From Hyphomicrobiales bacterium (GTDB taxonomy: Bacteria; Pseudomonadota; Alphaproteobacteria; Rhizobiales; NORP267), in contig JAUYJB010000177.1 of assembly GCA_030688605.1 (NCBI GenBank), positions 11,525 to 75,524 on the forward strand: DNA of 64,000 bases, in the 5' to 3' direction. Position numbers and translations under genes: made by a program. Shown here in pieces: positions 1-9,155 of this stretch (position 1 is the first letter of the stretch; each line of letters opens with the position of its first letter). The notes under the pieces are model-generated. The model saw only the letters and a program-made list of their open reading frames with translations, did not search any database and was not told the DNA's origin.

Positions 1-413
1 CTGCCCGCCTTCGTCACCCAGCCGAACAGCTTGGGGTCGGGCAGCACGCGCGCCAGGAAGGCGCGGATGAAACGGTCGAAGAGCGGCCGGCGATAGGTCT
101 TTTCGATATGGGCGCGGGCGTGGTCGACGAGATGCATGTAGTCGACGCTGGCGGGACAGGTGGTCACGCAGGCAAGGCAGGACAGGCAGCGGTCGATATG
201 CTTGACCAAGCCCGCATCGGCCGGCCGGCCTTTCTCCAGCATGTCCTTGATGAGGTAGATGCGCCCGCGCGGGCTATCGAGCTCGTCGCCGAGCAGCACA
301 TAGGTCGGGCAGGTCGCCGTGCAGAAGCCGCAATGGACGCATTTGCGCAGGATTCCGTCGGCCTCGGCGATGCCGGGGTCCTGGAGCTGCTCGTCGGTGA
401 AAAGCGTCTGCAT
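1..413 (-). CDS. glcF: glycolate oxidase iron-sulfur subunit GlcF, N-terminal part (gene runs off the left edge)
   Basis: Hand translation of the reverse strand from ATG at 413 gives MQTLFTDEQLQDPGIAEADGILRKCVHCGFCTATCPTYVLLGDELDSPRGRIYLIKDMLEKGRPADAGLVKHIDRCLSCLACVTTCP. It has two CxxCxxCxxxCP 4Fe-4S motifs and lies directly downstream of glcD-glcE. It is absent from the ORF track because there is no stop codon in the window. Confidence 0.9.
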   Translation of the reverse strand, partial: MQTLFTDEQLQDPGIAEADGILRKCVHCGFCTATCPTYVLLGDELDSPRGRIYLIKDMLEKGRPADAGLVKHIDRCLSCLACVTTCPASVDYMHLVDHARAHIEKTYRRPLFDRFIRAFLARVLPDPKLFGWVTKAG

Positions 414-419
414 GGGCCC

Positions 420-1643
420 TCACACGCCGGCATACATGCGGCCGGGATTGAGGATGCCGGCCGGATCGAAGCTTTCCTTGAGCCGCCGGGTGAGCGCCGC
501 GAGGGACGCTGGCTGCGGTTGGAACACCGGCACGGCGGCGCGCACGGCAGGTTCGGCGCGGATCAGGGTTGCATGGCCGGTGGTCTCGGAGAGCGCGCCG
601 CGCACGACCGGCTCGCAGGCATCCGCGCTGGGCGCAAGCTCGAGCCAGACGAGACCGCCGGCCCAGTCGAACAGGCACTGGCCTTCGGCCTGTTCGAGGA
701 TGCGCGCCGCGACCTTTCCGCCTTCGAGCGGCGGCACCGAAAGCCGCCACAGCGGACGCTTGGGATCGGCGGTGAAGTAATTCACGTCGCGCACCTCGCG
801 CCACAGCCGCCGCGTATCGTCGGCCCCGAGCTGCCCGGCCGCGCCGAACGGCCTGAGCAGTTGCTTCAGCTTCTCGACCCGCGAGGCGACGGACGGGCCG
901 AAGCCTTCCAGGCGCAGGATTGTGAGGGATCGGCCGCCGCCGCGGACGGTCTCGACCGCCGAGCGGGCGGCGACCTCGGCCGGCAGGTGCGCCGCGCCCG
1001 ACACGTCGCAGGCCGACCCCATGGCCGCGCTCATCGCCTTTGCCGCCGCGTCGGCGCCAAGACCGGTAAGGACGACGCCTGCCGCCGTCTCCGCCGCCGG
1101 CAGCACCTTGAGCGTGACATCGGTCATCACCGCGAGCGTGCCCCAGGAGCCGGCGAGCCCCTTGGCGAGATCGTAGCCGGTGACGTTCTTGACCACCCGG
1201 CCGCCGGACTTGAACGTCTCACCGCGCCCGGAGACCGCGGTAAGCCCAAGGAAATGGTCGCGCGCGGCGCCCGCCTTGATGCGCCGCGGGCCGGAGAGGT
1301 TGGCGGCGATGACGCCGCCGATGGTCGCCTTGCCCGGCTCGCCGCCGAACAGCGGCCCGAGATCGCCCGGCTCGAAGGCGAGCTCCTGGCCCTTCTCCCC
1401 GATTGCCGCCTCGATCTCGGCAAGCGGCGTTCCGGCGCGCGCCGAGAGTACCAGCTCCTCCGGCTCGTACAGGGTGATGCCGGTCAGGCCGGAGACGTCG
1501 AGCGTGATCTCGGCCTGTTCGGGACGGCCAATCGCCCGCTTGCTTCCTCCGGCGAGTACGGCGAGCGGGCGCTTCTCGGCCGCCGCCCAGGCCACCGCCT
1601 GCTCGACTTGCCTGGCGTCGCGGGGCTTGAGCCGGTCGGCCAT
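420..1643 (-). CDS. glcE: glycolate oxidase FAD-binding subunit GlcE
   Basis: Part of ORF 420..1781. Internal ATG at 1643 (MADRLKPRDARQVEQAVAWAAAEKRPLAVLAGGSKR) matches the GlcE-type FAD-binding PCMH domain. It sits between glcD and glcF. Confidence 0.9.
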   Translation of the reverse strand: MADRLKPRDARQVEQAVAWAAAEKRPLAVLAGGSKRAIGRPEQAEITLDVSGLTGITLYEPEELVLSARAGTPLAEIEAAIGEKGQELAFEPGDLGPLFGGEPGKATIGGVIAANLSGPRRIKAGAARDHFLGLTAVSGRGETFKSGGRVVKNVTGYDLAKGLAGSWGTLAVMTDVTLKVLPAAETAAGVVLTGLGADAAAKAMSAAMGSACDVSGAAHLPAEVAARSAVETVRGGGRSLTILRLEGFGPSVASRVEKLKQLLRPFGAAGQLGADDTRRLWREVRDVNYFTADPKRPLWRLSVPPLEGGKVAARILEQAEGQCLFDWAGGLVWLELAPSADACEPVVRGALSETTGHATLIRAEPAVRAAVPVFQPQPASLAALTRRLKESFDPAGILNPGRMYAGV

Positions 1644-1651
1644 CGCCCGCC

Positions 1652-3148
1652 TCAGAATCTCGGAATGTCGGGAAAGGGCAGCTTGCCGCCGGAGACGTGC
1701 ATGCGGCCGAGTTCGGCGCAGCGGTGCAGCGTCGGGAACATCTTGCCGGGGTTCAGGAGCTGCTTGTCGTCGAAGGCGCATTTGACACGCTGCTGCTGTT
1801 TGAGATCGTCCTCGGAGAACATCTCGCCCATCAGGTCGCGCTTTTCCACGCCCACCCCATGCTCGCCGGTCAGGACGCCGCCGACCTTGACGCAGAGCTT
1901 CAGAATGTCGGCGCCGAAGGCCTCGGCGCGTTCCAGCTCGCCCGGCTTGTTGGCGTCGTAGAGGATGAGCGGATGCAGATTGCCGTCGCCGGCATGAAAC
2001 ACGTTGGCGACGCGGAGGTCGTATTTCTCCGACATGCCACGCATCGCCGACAGCACCTCGGGGAGCCGGTGGCGCGGGCTGGTGCCGTCCATGCAGTAAT
2101 AGTCGGGCGAGATGCGGCCGACGGCGGGAAAGGCCGCCTTGCGTCCGGCCCAGAATTTGAGCCGCTGCTCCTCGCTGGTCGAGGCCCGCAGAGAACTCGC
2201 CTTGTTGCGCTTGGTGATTTCCTCGACGCGGCTGATGAGATGGTCGACCTCGGCCTCCGGGCCGTCGAGCTCGACGATCAGCAGCGCCTCGACGTCGAGC
2301 GGATAGCCGGCATTGACGAATTCCTCGGCGGCGTGGATCGCCGGGCGGTCCATCATCTCCATGCCGGCGGCGATGATGCCCGCGCCGATCACCTCGGCGA
2401 CGCAGTTCCCCGCGTCCTCGCTGGTCGCAAAGCCGATGAGCAGCGCGCGTGCCGTCTCGGGCGCTTTCAGGATGCGCACCGTGACCTCGGTGATGACGCC
2501 GAGCAGGCCCTCCGAGCCCGTCATCAGGCCGAGCAGATCGTAGCCGTCGCTGTCGAGATGCTTGCCGCCGAGGCGCACGATCTCGCCGGTCATCAGCACC
2601 ATTTCGAGCCCCAGCACATTGTTGGCGGTGAGCCCGTATTTGAGGCAGTGCACGCCGCCGGAATTCTCCGCCACGTTGCCGCCGATGGTGCAGGCGATCT
2701 GGCTCGACGGGTCCGGCGCGTAATAGAAGCCTTGGTGCGCCACCGCGCCGGTCACCGCCAGGTTGGTCACGCCCGGCTGGGCGGTGACGCAGCGATTGGC
2801 GAAATCCACATCCAGGATGCGGTTGAACTTGCCAAGGCCGAGCAGCACCCCGTCGGCGAGCGGCAGGGCGCCGCCGGAAAGCGAGGTCCCGGCGCCCCGC
2901 GGCACGACCTTGATGCCTTCGGTATGGCAGTAGCCGAGAATTTCGGAGACCTGACGTGTGGTCTCAGGCAGCACGACGATGAAGGGAAGCTGCCGGTAGG
3001 CGGTGAGCCCGTCGGATTCATAGACCCGCATCTCGTTTTCCGACGCGATGACCCCCTCGCCGGGAACGATGGCGCTGAGCCGGCGCACGATCTCGTCGCG
3101 GCGGGCGAGAACGCCCGTGTCGGGAGCGGGCATGCTGAGACGGGACAT
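1652..3148 (-). CDS. glcD: glycolate oxidase subunit GlcD (FAD-linked oxidase)
   Basis: Part of ORF 1652..3475, start MSRLSMPAPD at 3148. Contains RGAGTSLSGG and GEHGVGVEKR motifs typical of GlcD / D-lactate dehydrogenase-type FAD oxidases. Confidence 0.93.
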   Translation of the reverse strand: MSRLSMPAPDTGVLARRDEIVRRLSAIVPGEGVIASENEMRVYESDGLTAYRQLPFIVVLPETTRQVSEILGYCHTEGIKVVPRGAGTSLSGGALPLADGVLLGLGKFNRILDVDFANRCVTAQPGVTNLAVTGAVAHQGFYYAPDPSSQIACTIGGNVAENSGGVHCLKYGLTANNVLGLEMVLMTGEIVRLGGKHLDSDGYDLLGLMTGSEGLLGVITEVTVRILKAPETARALLIGFATSEDAGNCVAEVIGAGIIAAGMEMMDRPAIHAAEEFVNAGYPLDVEALLIVELDGPEAEVDHLISRVEEITKRNKASSLRASTSEEQRLKFWAGRKAAFPAVGRISPDYYCMDGTSPRHRLPEVLSAMRGMSEKYDLRVANVFHAGDGNLHPLILYDANKPGELERAEAFGADILKLCVKVGGVLTGEHGVGVEKRDLMGEMFSEDDLKQQQRVKCAFDDKQLLNPGKMFPTLHRCAELGRMHVSGGKLPFPDIPRF

Positions 3149-3252
3149 CAGCGGCAACCTGACGCGGAGAGATATGTCGAAACTGTGGCAAACACGCGCA
3201 TATTTGATAAACTGGGCAATAACATAATCTTTGTTTCCGGCGTAGAAAGAAT

Positions 3253-4185
3253 ATGACTCCGATCCAGGATATGGAGATTTTCGCCCGGGTCGTGACCGCC
3301 GGGAGCATGACGGCGGCGAGCCGCGAACTCGGCATCTCGCCCGCCGTCGTTTCCAAGCGCATCCGTCGCATGGAAGAGCGGCTCGGCTCGCGGCTGTTGC
3401 AGCGCACCACCCGGCGTCTGGCGACGACCGAGACCGGCCAGGGCTATTATGAAAGGGTGGTTGCCATTCTCGCAAGCGTCGAGGAGGCGGAAAATTTCAT
3501 CGCCCGGCGCAACGCCGCCCCCAAGGGGATGCTGAAGGTGACCGCGCCGACCTCGTTCGGGCGCATGCATATCGCGCCCTATATCGGCGAGTTTCTCGCC
3601 GCCAATCCCGAGCTGCAGCTCAGTCTCGATCTTTCCGACCAGCTCGTCGACCTCGTCGGCGAGGGATTCGACGTGGCGATCCGGATCGGCGAATTGGAGG
3701 ATTCGAGCCTGGTCGCAAGGCGCCTTGCGCCGAACAACAGGGTCATCTGCGCCGCGCCGGGTTACCTGCAGCAACACGGCGCGCCGACCACGCTTGCCGA
3801 TCTGCCGCGGCACAATTGCCTGGCCGCCATAAACCAGGATCTGTGGCGCCTGGAAGGGCCGGAGGGGCCGATCAATGTGCGGGTCTCCGGCAACATTCAC
3901 ACCAATTCGAGCGAGGTGGTGCGCGAAGCGGTGCTGACCGGCGTCGGCATCGCGCTGCGCTCGACATGGGACGTCGGTCCGGCGCTCAAGGCGGGAAAGC
4001 TCAAGGTCATTTTGCCGCAATACCGCTCGTCGCGCCGGGTGGCGCTGTTCGCGGTCTATCCGAGCCGCCGTTTCCTGCCGTTGAAGGTCAGGGTGTTCAT
4101 CGACTATCTGGCCGGAATTTATGGGCCGGAGCCCTATTGGGACGCCGGCCTCGGCCTGCCGCGCCTGTCCTGCGTGAGCGGATGA
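3253..4185 (+). CDS. LysR-family transcriptional regulator
   Basis: ORF 3253..4185. N-terminal wHTH MEIFARVVTAGSMTAASRELGISPAVVSKRIRRMEERLGSRLLQRTTR followed by a LysR substrate-binding domain. Divergent from glcD across an AT-richer spacer. Confidence 0.9.
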   Translation: MTPIQDMEIFARVVTAGSMTAASRELGISPAVVSKRIRRMEERLGSRLLQRTTRRLATTETGQGYYERVVAILASVEEAENFIARRNAAPKGMLKVTAPTSFGRMHIAPYIGEFLAANPELQLSLDLSDQLVDLVGEGFDVAIRIGELEDSSLVARRLAPNNRVICAAPGYLQQHGAPTTLADLPRHNCLAAINQDLWRLEGPEGPINVRVSGNIHTNSSEVVREAVLTGVGIALRSTWDVGPALKAGKLKVILPQYRSSRRVALFAVYPSRRFLPLKVRVFIDYLAGIYGPEPYWDAGLGLPRLSCVSG

Positions 4186-4188
4186 GGC

Positions 4189-5508
4189 TCAGGAGCGCTG
4201 GCCATAGCTCCGCCGCACGCGCCGCACCACCCACCACACGGCCAGCACCACCACCGGCACGGAGAGCGCCTCGATCAGGCCTTCGGGCACGGAAATGCCG
4301 GCGCTCTTGATGCCGCCGATCAGATAGCCGATCAGCCCGACCACGTAATCGCTGACGGCGGCCACCGACAGTCCCTCCACCGTGCGCTGCAGGCGCAGCT
4401 GCAGCTTGGCGCGGCGGTTCATCGATTCGAGCAGGCTGCGGTTCTGCTGCTCGAGCTCGATGTCGACCCGGGTACGCAGCAGATTGGCGGCGCGCGACAG
4501 CCGCAGCGACAGCGTGGCGAGCCGCTCCTCGACGAAGCGGCAGGTCTGCAATGCCGGGCCCATGCGCCGGCGCAGGAACGATTCCCAGCTGCGATGGCCG
4601 CTGACCGGCTCGGCGCCGATCGCCCGGATGCGCTGGTCGGCGATGTCGCCATAGGCGCGACTCGCACCGAAGCGGTGCGAGGTTGCCGCCGCCTGCGCCT
4701 CCAGATCGGACGCCAGCATGGTGATGCGGTCGAGCAGGAGCCGGTTGTCCTCGAAGCCGCCGGCATCGCGCATGCGCGCCATGATGTCGGCAAGGTCGGC
4801 TTCCACCCGGCGCACGACCGGCTGCAGCCTGTTCGCCTCCGGAAGCGCCATCAGCGCCAGCAGCCGGTAGGTCTCAAGCTCGATCAGGCGCTGCACCAGA
4901 ACGCCTGAGCGTTGCGCCCCGAGGCCGCCATCCTCGATCAGGATGCGCGTCATGCCGCCGGGGCCGGCGCTGAAATCGGTGGCGATGCGGGCCGTCCCCC
5001 GATCGATGTCGACGACGCATAGGCTCGCCGGATCGAACAGCCGCCCGACGAGTCCGTCCTCCCCGCCGGCGGCAACAAGGGCGACCTGGGTCGCCGCGAT
5101 CAACGGCCCCGGCGCGGCAAGCGCGACGCCGGGCAGAACGTCGGCGAAATCGGCGCGGCCAAACGGCGCGCCGGCATTGACGCCGGTGTCGAAGGTGTAG
5201 CTGGTAAACTCGGTATGCTGCTCCCAGCGCAGCCGCACCGGACCCAGCTCAAGGCACACAAACTTGGCCTGGCGGGGCTCGTCGAGGCCGCGGCCGCGGG
5301 CGAGTTCGGCGATCTGCTTGCGGTCCTCGGCGCCCTGCCGCTCGTCGGTCACGAAGGCGTAGTGGACGATGCGCCGCGGGGTCGCAATGCCGAAGAAGGG
5401 CCGCGCATGCACCTCGCCGATGAGCTGCGCGCGCAGCGGATGGTCGGCGACGCCGCGCCACAGGCCCGTCGCGGGTTTCTCGTCTGAGGTTCGGGTCTTT
5501 CTTGCCAT
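4189..5508 (-). CDS. DUF3422-type membrane-anchored protein of unknown function
   Basis: Part of ORF 4189..5751, ATG at 5508 (MARKTRTSDEKPATGLWRGVADHPLRAQLIGEVHARPF). C-terminal hydrophobic pair (LSVAAVSDYVVGLIGYLIGGI / LSVPVVVLAVWWVV). Family assignment is from memory of the conserved N-terminus. Confidence 0.7.
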   Translation of the reverse strand: MARKTRTSDEKPATGLWRGVADHPLRAQLIGEVHARPFFGIATPRRIVHYAFVTDERQGAEDRKQIAELARGRGLDEPRQAKFVCLELGPVRLRWEQHTEFTSYTFDTGVNAGAPFGRADFADVLPGVALAAPGPLIAATQVALVAAGGEDGLVGRLFDPASLCVVDIDRGTARIATDFSAGPGGMTRILIEDGGLGAQRSGVLVQRLIELETYRLLALMALPEANRLQPVVRRVEADLADIMARMRDAGGFEDNRLLLDRITMLASDLEAQAAATSHRFGASRAYGDIADQRIRAIGAEPVSGHRSWESFLRRRMGPALQTCRFVEERLATLSLRLSRAANLLRTRVDIELEQQNRSLLESMNRRAKLQLRLQRTVEGLSVAAVSDYVVGLIGYLIGGIKSAGISVPEGLIEALSVPVVVLAVWWVVRRVRRSYGQRS

Positions 5509-5641
5509 GATCGCGGATCGCGGGTGGGGCCGCGGGCGCCGGATGAGCGGCGCGGCGGCGGCGACCATATCTGCGGTTGACCGGATATGCCAGAGGTGGT
5601 CGGATGGCGCGCGCTTTCTCGCATGGGTCCAGGTGTTTGTC

Positions 5642-6409
5642 ATGCCGCAATCCCGGCCGCGCGTCGGTCTGTTCGTCACCTGTCTCGTCGATCTGATGCG
5701 GCCGAGCGTCGGCTTCGCCGCGGTCAAGTTGCTGCAGGCGGCGGGCTGCACGGTCGAGGTGCCCCGGCTGCAGACCTGTTGCGGCCAGCCGGCCTACAAT
5801 TCCGGCGACCGCGGGGGCGCCGAGCGCCTGGCCCGGCAGACGATCGAGGCGTTTTCAGGCTTCGATTACGTGGTTGCGCCGTCGGGTTCCTGCGCCGGCA
5901 TGCTCAAGGTGCACTATCCGCGGCTTTTCGACGACGACCCGGCGATGCGCGACAAGGCCGCGGCGCTGGCCGAGAAGGTCCACGAGCTGGTCTCGTTTCT
6001 CGTCGACGTGCGCGGCCTGAAGAAGGTCGCGGCAAGCCACAACGGCACCGTCACCTATCACGATTCCTGCTCGGGGCTGCGCGAGCTCGGCATTTCCGAG
6101 CAGCCGCGGGCCCTCTTGCGCAAGGTCAAGGGGCTGAAGCTTGTCGAGCTTGCCGAGCGCGAAGCCTGTTGCGGCTTCGGCGGCACCTTCTGCGTCAAAT
6201 ATTCCGACATTTCCAACGCCATGGTCGCACGCAAGACCGCCGACATCGCGGCGACCGGCGCCGATCTGGTGCTTGCCGGCGATCTCGGCTGCCTGTTGAA
6301 CATCGCCGGCAAGCTGAAGCGCGAGGCAGGCGTGGCCGAGGCGCGGCACGTCGCCGAGGTGCTGGCCGGCATGACCGATACCCCGCCCATCGGCGCCGAG
6401 CGGCGCTGA
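5642..6409 (+). CDS. lutA: L-lactate utilisation protein LutA ((Fe-S)-binding CCG-domain oxidoreductase)
   Basis: Part of ORF 5369..6409, ATG at 5642 (MPQSRPRVGLFVTCLVD). Two CCG motifs (CCGQPAYNSG, CCGFGGTF). Confidence 0.9.
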   Translation: MPQSRPRVGLFVTCLVDLMRPSVGFAAVKLLQAAGCTVEVPRLQTCCGQPAYNSGDRGGAERLARQTIEAFSGFDYVVAPSGSCAGMLKVHYPRLFDDDPAMRDKAAALAEKVHELVSFLVDVRGLKKVAASHNGTVTYHDSCSGLRELGISEQPRALLRKVKGLKLVELAEREACCGFGGTFCVKYSDISNAMVARKTADIAATGADLVLAGDLGCLLNIAGKLKREAGVAEARHVAEVLAGMTDTPPIGAERR

Positions 6410-6420
6410 CGGATCAGCCC

Positions 6421-7845
6421 ATGCAGCCGCGCTCGGCCGCCTTCAAGGACAACGCCCGCGCCGCCCTCGCCGACGCTGAGCTTCAGCGAGCCTTGCGCGT
6501 CGGCGGCGGCGGCTTCGTCGAGCGCCGCCGCAAGGCGGTCGCCAAACTGCCCGAGTTCGACACGCTGCGCGACGAGGCGCGCGACATCAAGAACCACACG
6601 CTCGACTATCTCGACCTTTATTACGAGCGCTTCGAGGAGAAGGTGCGGGCCAATGGCGGCCAAGTGCATTTCGCGCCGACGGCCGAGGACGCGCGCGATA
6701 TCGTCCTCGACATCTGCCGCCAGGCGAAGGCGCGGACCGTCACCAAGGCCAAGTCAATGATCGCCGAGGAGATCGGCCTCAACGCGCACCTTGAGGCCAA
6801 TGGCATCGAGGCGGTGGAGACCGATCTCGGCGAATATATCATCCAGATCCGCGGCGAGAGCCCGAGCCACATCATCGCGCCGGCCATTCACGTCACCAAG
6901 GAACAGGTGGAAGCGGACTTCCGGCGGGCGCATGCGTGGCTGCCGGCCGACCGCGACCTCAAGGCGCCGGAAACCCTGGTGCGCGAGGCGCGAGCGGTGT
7001 TGCGCGAAAAATTTCTCGCCGCCGATGTCGGCATCACCGGCGCCAACATGCTGATCGCCGAAACCGGCAGCTCAGTCATCGTCACCAACGAGGGAAACGG
7101 CGATCTCACCCAGTCTCTGCCGCGCGTGCACATCGTCGTGGCGAGCCTGGAGAAGATGGTGCCGACGCTCGAGGACGCAACCGTCATCCTGCGGGTGCTG
7201 GCGCGGTCTGCGACCGGCCAGGAGCTGTCGGTCTATACCACTTTTTCCACCGGCGCGCGCCGCGCCGACGACCCGGACGGGCCGGCGGAATATCACGTCG
7301 TGGTGCTCGACAATGGCCGCACGCCGATGATCGGGACGAAGTTTCAGGACATGCTGCGCTGCATCCGCTGCGGCGCCTGCATGGACCATTGCCCGGTCTA
7401 TCAGGCGGTCGGCGGACACGCCTATGGCTGGGTCTATCCGGGACCCATGGGGGCGGTGCTGACGCCGCAACTTATCGGCATCGATCGGGCAGGCCACCTG
7501 CCCAATGCGTCGAGCTTCTGCGGGCGCTGCGAATCCGTCTGCCCGATGCGCATTCCGCTGCCGAACCTGATGCGCCATTGGCGCGAGCGCGAATTCGAGC
7601 GGCATCTCTCGCCGAAAAGCGCGCGCTGGGGCTTGGGCCTGTGGGAATTCGCCGCGACAAGGCCGCGGCTCTACCGCGCCGCGGTCAACATCGCCGTGCC
7701 TTTGCTGGCCATGCTCGCCGGCCGCCGGGGGCGCCTCAAGAGACTGCCGCTTGCCGGCGGCTGGACCCGGCACCGCGACCTGCCGGCGCCCGAGGGGAGC
7801 ACCTTTCAGCAATTGTGGCGCAAGAGAAAGGCGGGCCGGTCATGA
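6421..7845 (+). CDS. lutB: lactate utilisation protein LutB (4Fe-4S cluster protein)
   Basis: C-terminal part of ORF 5587..7845, ATG at 6421 (MQPRSAAFKDNARAAL). Motifs CIRCGACMDHCPVY and CGRCESVCPMRI. Confidence 0.9.
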   Translation: MQPRSAAFKDNARAALADAELQRALRVGGGGFVERRRKAVAKLPEFDTLRDEARDIKNHTLDYLDLYYERFEEKVRANGGQVHFAPTAEDARDIVLDICRQAKARTVTKAKSMIAEEIGLNAHLEANGIEAVETDLGEYIIQIRGESPSHIIAPAIHVTKEQVEADFRRAHAWLPADRDLKAPETLVREARAVLREKFLAADVGITGANMLIAETGSSVIVTNEGNGDLTQSLPRVHIVVASLEKMVPTLEDATVILRVLARSATGQELSVYTTFSTGARRADDPDGPAEYHVVVLDNGRTPMIGTKFQDMLRCIRCGACMDHCPVYQAVGGHAYGWVYPGPMGAVLTPQLIGIDRAGHLPNASSFCGRCESVCPMRIPLPNLMRHWREREFERHLSPKSARWGLGLWEFAATRPRLYRAAVNIAVPLLAMLAGRRGRLKRLPLAGGWTRHRDLPAPEGSTFQQLWRKRKAGRS

Positions 7846-8522
7846 ACGCGGAAAAGCGGCGCCAGGCGGTGCTCGACGGCTTGCGCCGTGCGCTCGGCGT
7901 GCGCGGCGATGAAAATGCGCGCCGGGCCATCGTCAAGGGGCGGATCGAGAACCATCCGCGCGGCACCATCCCGAAGCGCGCGCGGCTTGCCCCCTTCAAG
8001 CGGGTCGAGCTGTTCATCGCCATGGCGGAAGCCGCCGACGCCACAACCGCGCGGGTCGAGGACAAGAGCGGGGTGGTCGCCGCCATCGGCGAATTCCTGC
8101 TGAGCCGCGACCTGCCGGGCGATCTCGTGCATGGCGGCGATCCTTACATCGGAAGCCTTGACTGGCGCGCCCACAGGGAGATCAAAGCGCGCCGTGGCGC
8201 GCCTCGTCCGGAGGATGCGGTGTCGTTCGCGAAGGCGTTTGCCGGCGTCGCCGAGACCGGCACGCTGGTGATGATGTCCGGACCGGAGAACCCGACGACG
8301 CTCAACTTCCTGCCGTTCACCGAAATCGTGCTCCTCGAGGCCAAGGACATCGCCGGCGACTATGAGAGCGTGTGGGACAGACTGCGCGCCGAGCGTGGCG
8401 CCGGCAGCATGCCGCGCGCGCTTGTCTGGGTCACGGGCCCGTCGCGCTCGGCCGATATCGGCCAGGCGCTCCTGCTCGGCGCCCACGGCCCCGGCAATCT
8501 GCACATCATCATCGTCGGATAG
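7842..8522 (+). CDS. lutC: lactate utilisation protein LutC
   Basis: C-terminal part of ORF 6936..8522. ATG at 7842 overlaps the lutB stop (ATGA). LUD-domain-like sequence, third gene of lutABC. Confidence 0.85.
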   Translation: MNAEKRRQAVLDGLRRALGVRGDENARRAIVKGRIENHPRGTIPKRARLAPFKRVELFIAMAEAADATTARVEDKSGVVAAIGEFLLSRDLPGDLVHGGDPYIGSLDWRAHREIKARRGAPRPEDAVSFAKAFAGVAETGTLVMMSGPENPTTLNFLPFTEIVLLEAKDIAGDYESVWDRLRAERGAGSMPRALVWVTGPSRSADIGQALLLGAHGPGNLHIIIVG

Positions 8523-8526
8523 ACGG

Positions 8527-8692
8527 CTAGAGCGGTTCATGGTTATACGAAACCATATGACAGGGATGATTTTGCGCCGTGGCGGTGTTGCGGCTGTTGG
8601 CCGATGCACCGCATCGCCCGGCGAGCCGCGTCTGCTCGGATGAACCGATTTGGCCCATCGAATCGATTCCCTATAACCATGAACCGCTCTAG
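8527..8692. mobile_element. MITE-like element, family 1, copy 1 (166 bp, 21-bp perfect terminal inverted repeats, CTAG at both ends)
   Basis: Starts CTAGAGCGGTTCATGGTTATA and ends TATAACCATGAACCGCTCTAG. Near-identical to 21576..21687 in inverted orientation, apart from an extra internal 54 bp (8579..8632). No plausible ORF of its own. Confidence 0.75.
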
Positions 8693-8901
8693 GCCGCCGG
8701 GCCGCCTTTCCGGGCAGCGGCGAACTCGGCTTCCAGATCCGCCAGCAGCCGCTTGAAATCGTCCGGCACCGGCATGCCGAAGGCGCGCATCTCGCCGAGC
8801 TTTTCGCGCAATTGCAGGTAAAGCTCGTGCTTGTCCTCCGGCTGGTTCTCCATCTGCTTCAGCAGAAGCGAAATTTCCGCTTCGATCTCCTCAAGGGCCA
8901 T
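8689..8901 (-). CDS. small hypothetical protein (70 aa)
   Basis: Part of ORF 8689..9000, ATG at 8901 (MALEEIEAEISLLLKQMENQPEDKHELYLQLREKLGEMRAFGMPVPDDF). Helical and charged. Its TAG stop lies inside the terminal CTAG of the MITE. Confidence 0.5.
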   Translation of the reverse strand: MALEEIEAEISLLLKQMENQPEDKHELYLQLREKLGEMRAFGMPVPDDFKRLLADLEAEFAAARKGGPAA

Positions 8902-9155
8902 ATGCGCGCTCCCTGGTGCCTCGTCCACTGATGCGGACAATAGGATGTACCGGCCGTGCAATCCAGGCCCGGCCGTGGCACGGCAATTGTTCCCGGCCAT
9001 GCATTTCGTTTCCGGAATGAAATTCGATGGCGATAGTCACCAGCTTGTCCACAACTCGTCCAGGCTGTCTTCAGGGGCGGTCCACATGCCTTCGGCTCGG
9101 GCGGCGCGCCATCTGCCGAGGCGAACCTGCCCGGCCCTGAAGCTGGAATGTTTGC

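Noticed and set aside
108-1961. 617-aa plus-strand ORF, and many similar long ORFs elsewhere (for example 1697..3256, 35432..37087, 43562..44722, 45865..47466, 60310..62280)
   Set aside because: They run antisense to, or out of frame with, genes that have clear family signatures (glcE/glcD, cobQ/cobD, asmA, the ABC permease, dnaX). Their translations are Arg/Ala/Gly/Pro-rich low-complexity sequence. This is the expected stop-codon-poor artefact of a high-GC genome.
5587-6420. N-terminal 278 codons of tracked ORF 5587..7845, which would make LutB 752 aa
   Set aside because: This part overlaps lutA in another frame and has an artefactual Arg/Gly-rich composition. A LutB-like sequence begins only at the ATG at 6421.
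8362-8643. 93-aa ORF, together with 7806..8609 (-), 21120..21671, 21494..21754 and 56039..56953 (-), all reading through the MITE-like elements
   Set aside because: Their only conserved parts are translations of the repeat termini (LERFMVI, ITMNRSS, NRFSDKNARKIKKLERF). The remainder overlaps real genes out of frame.
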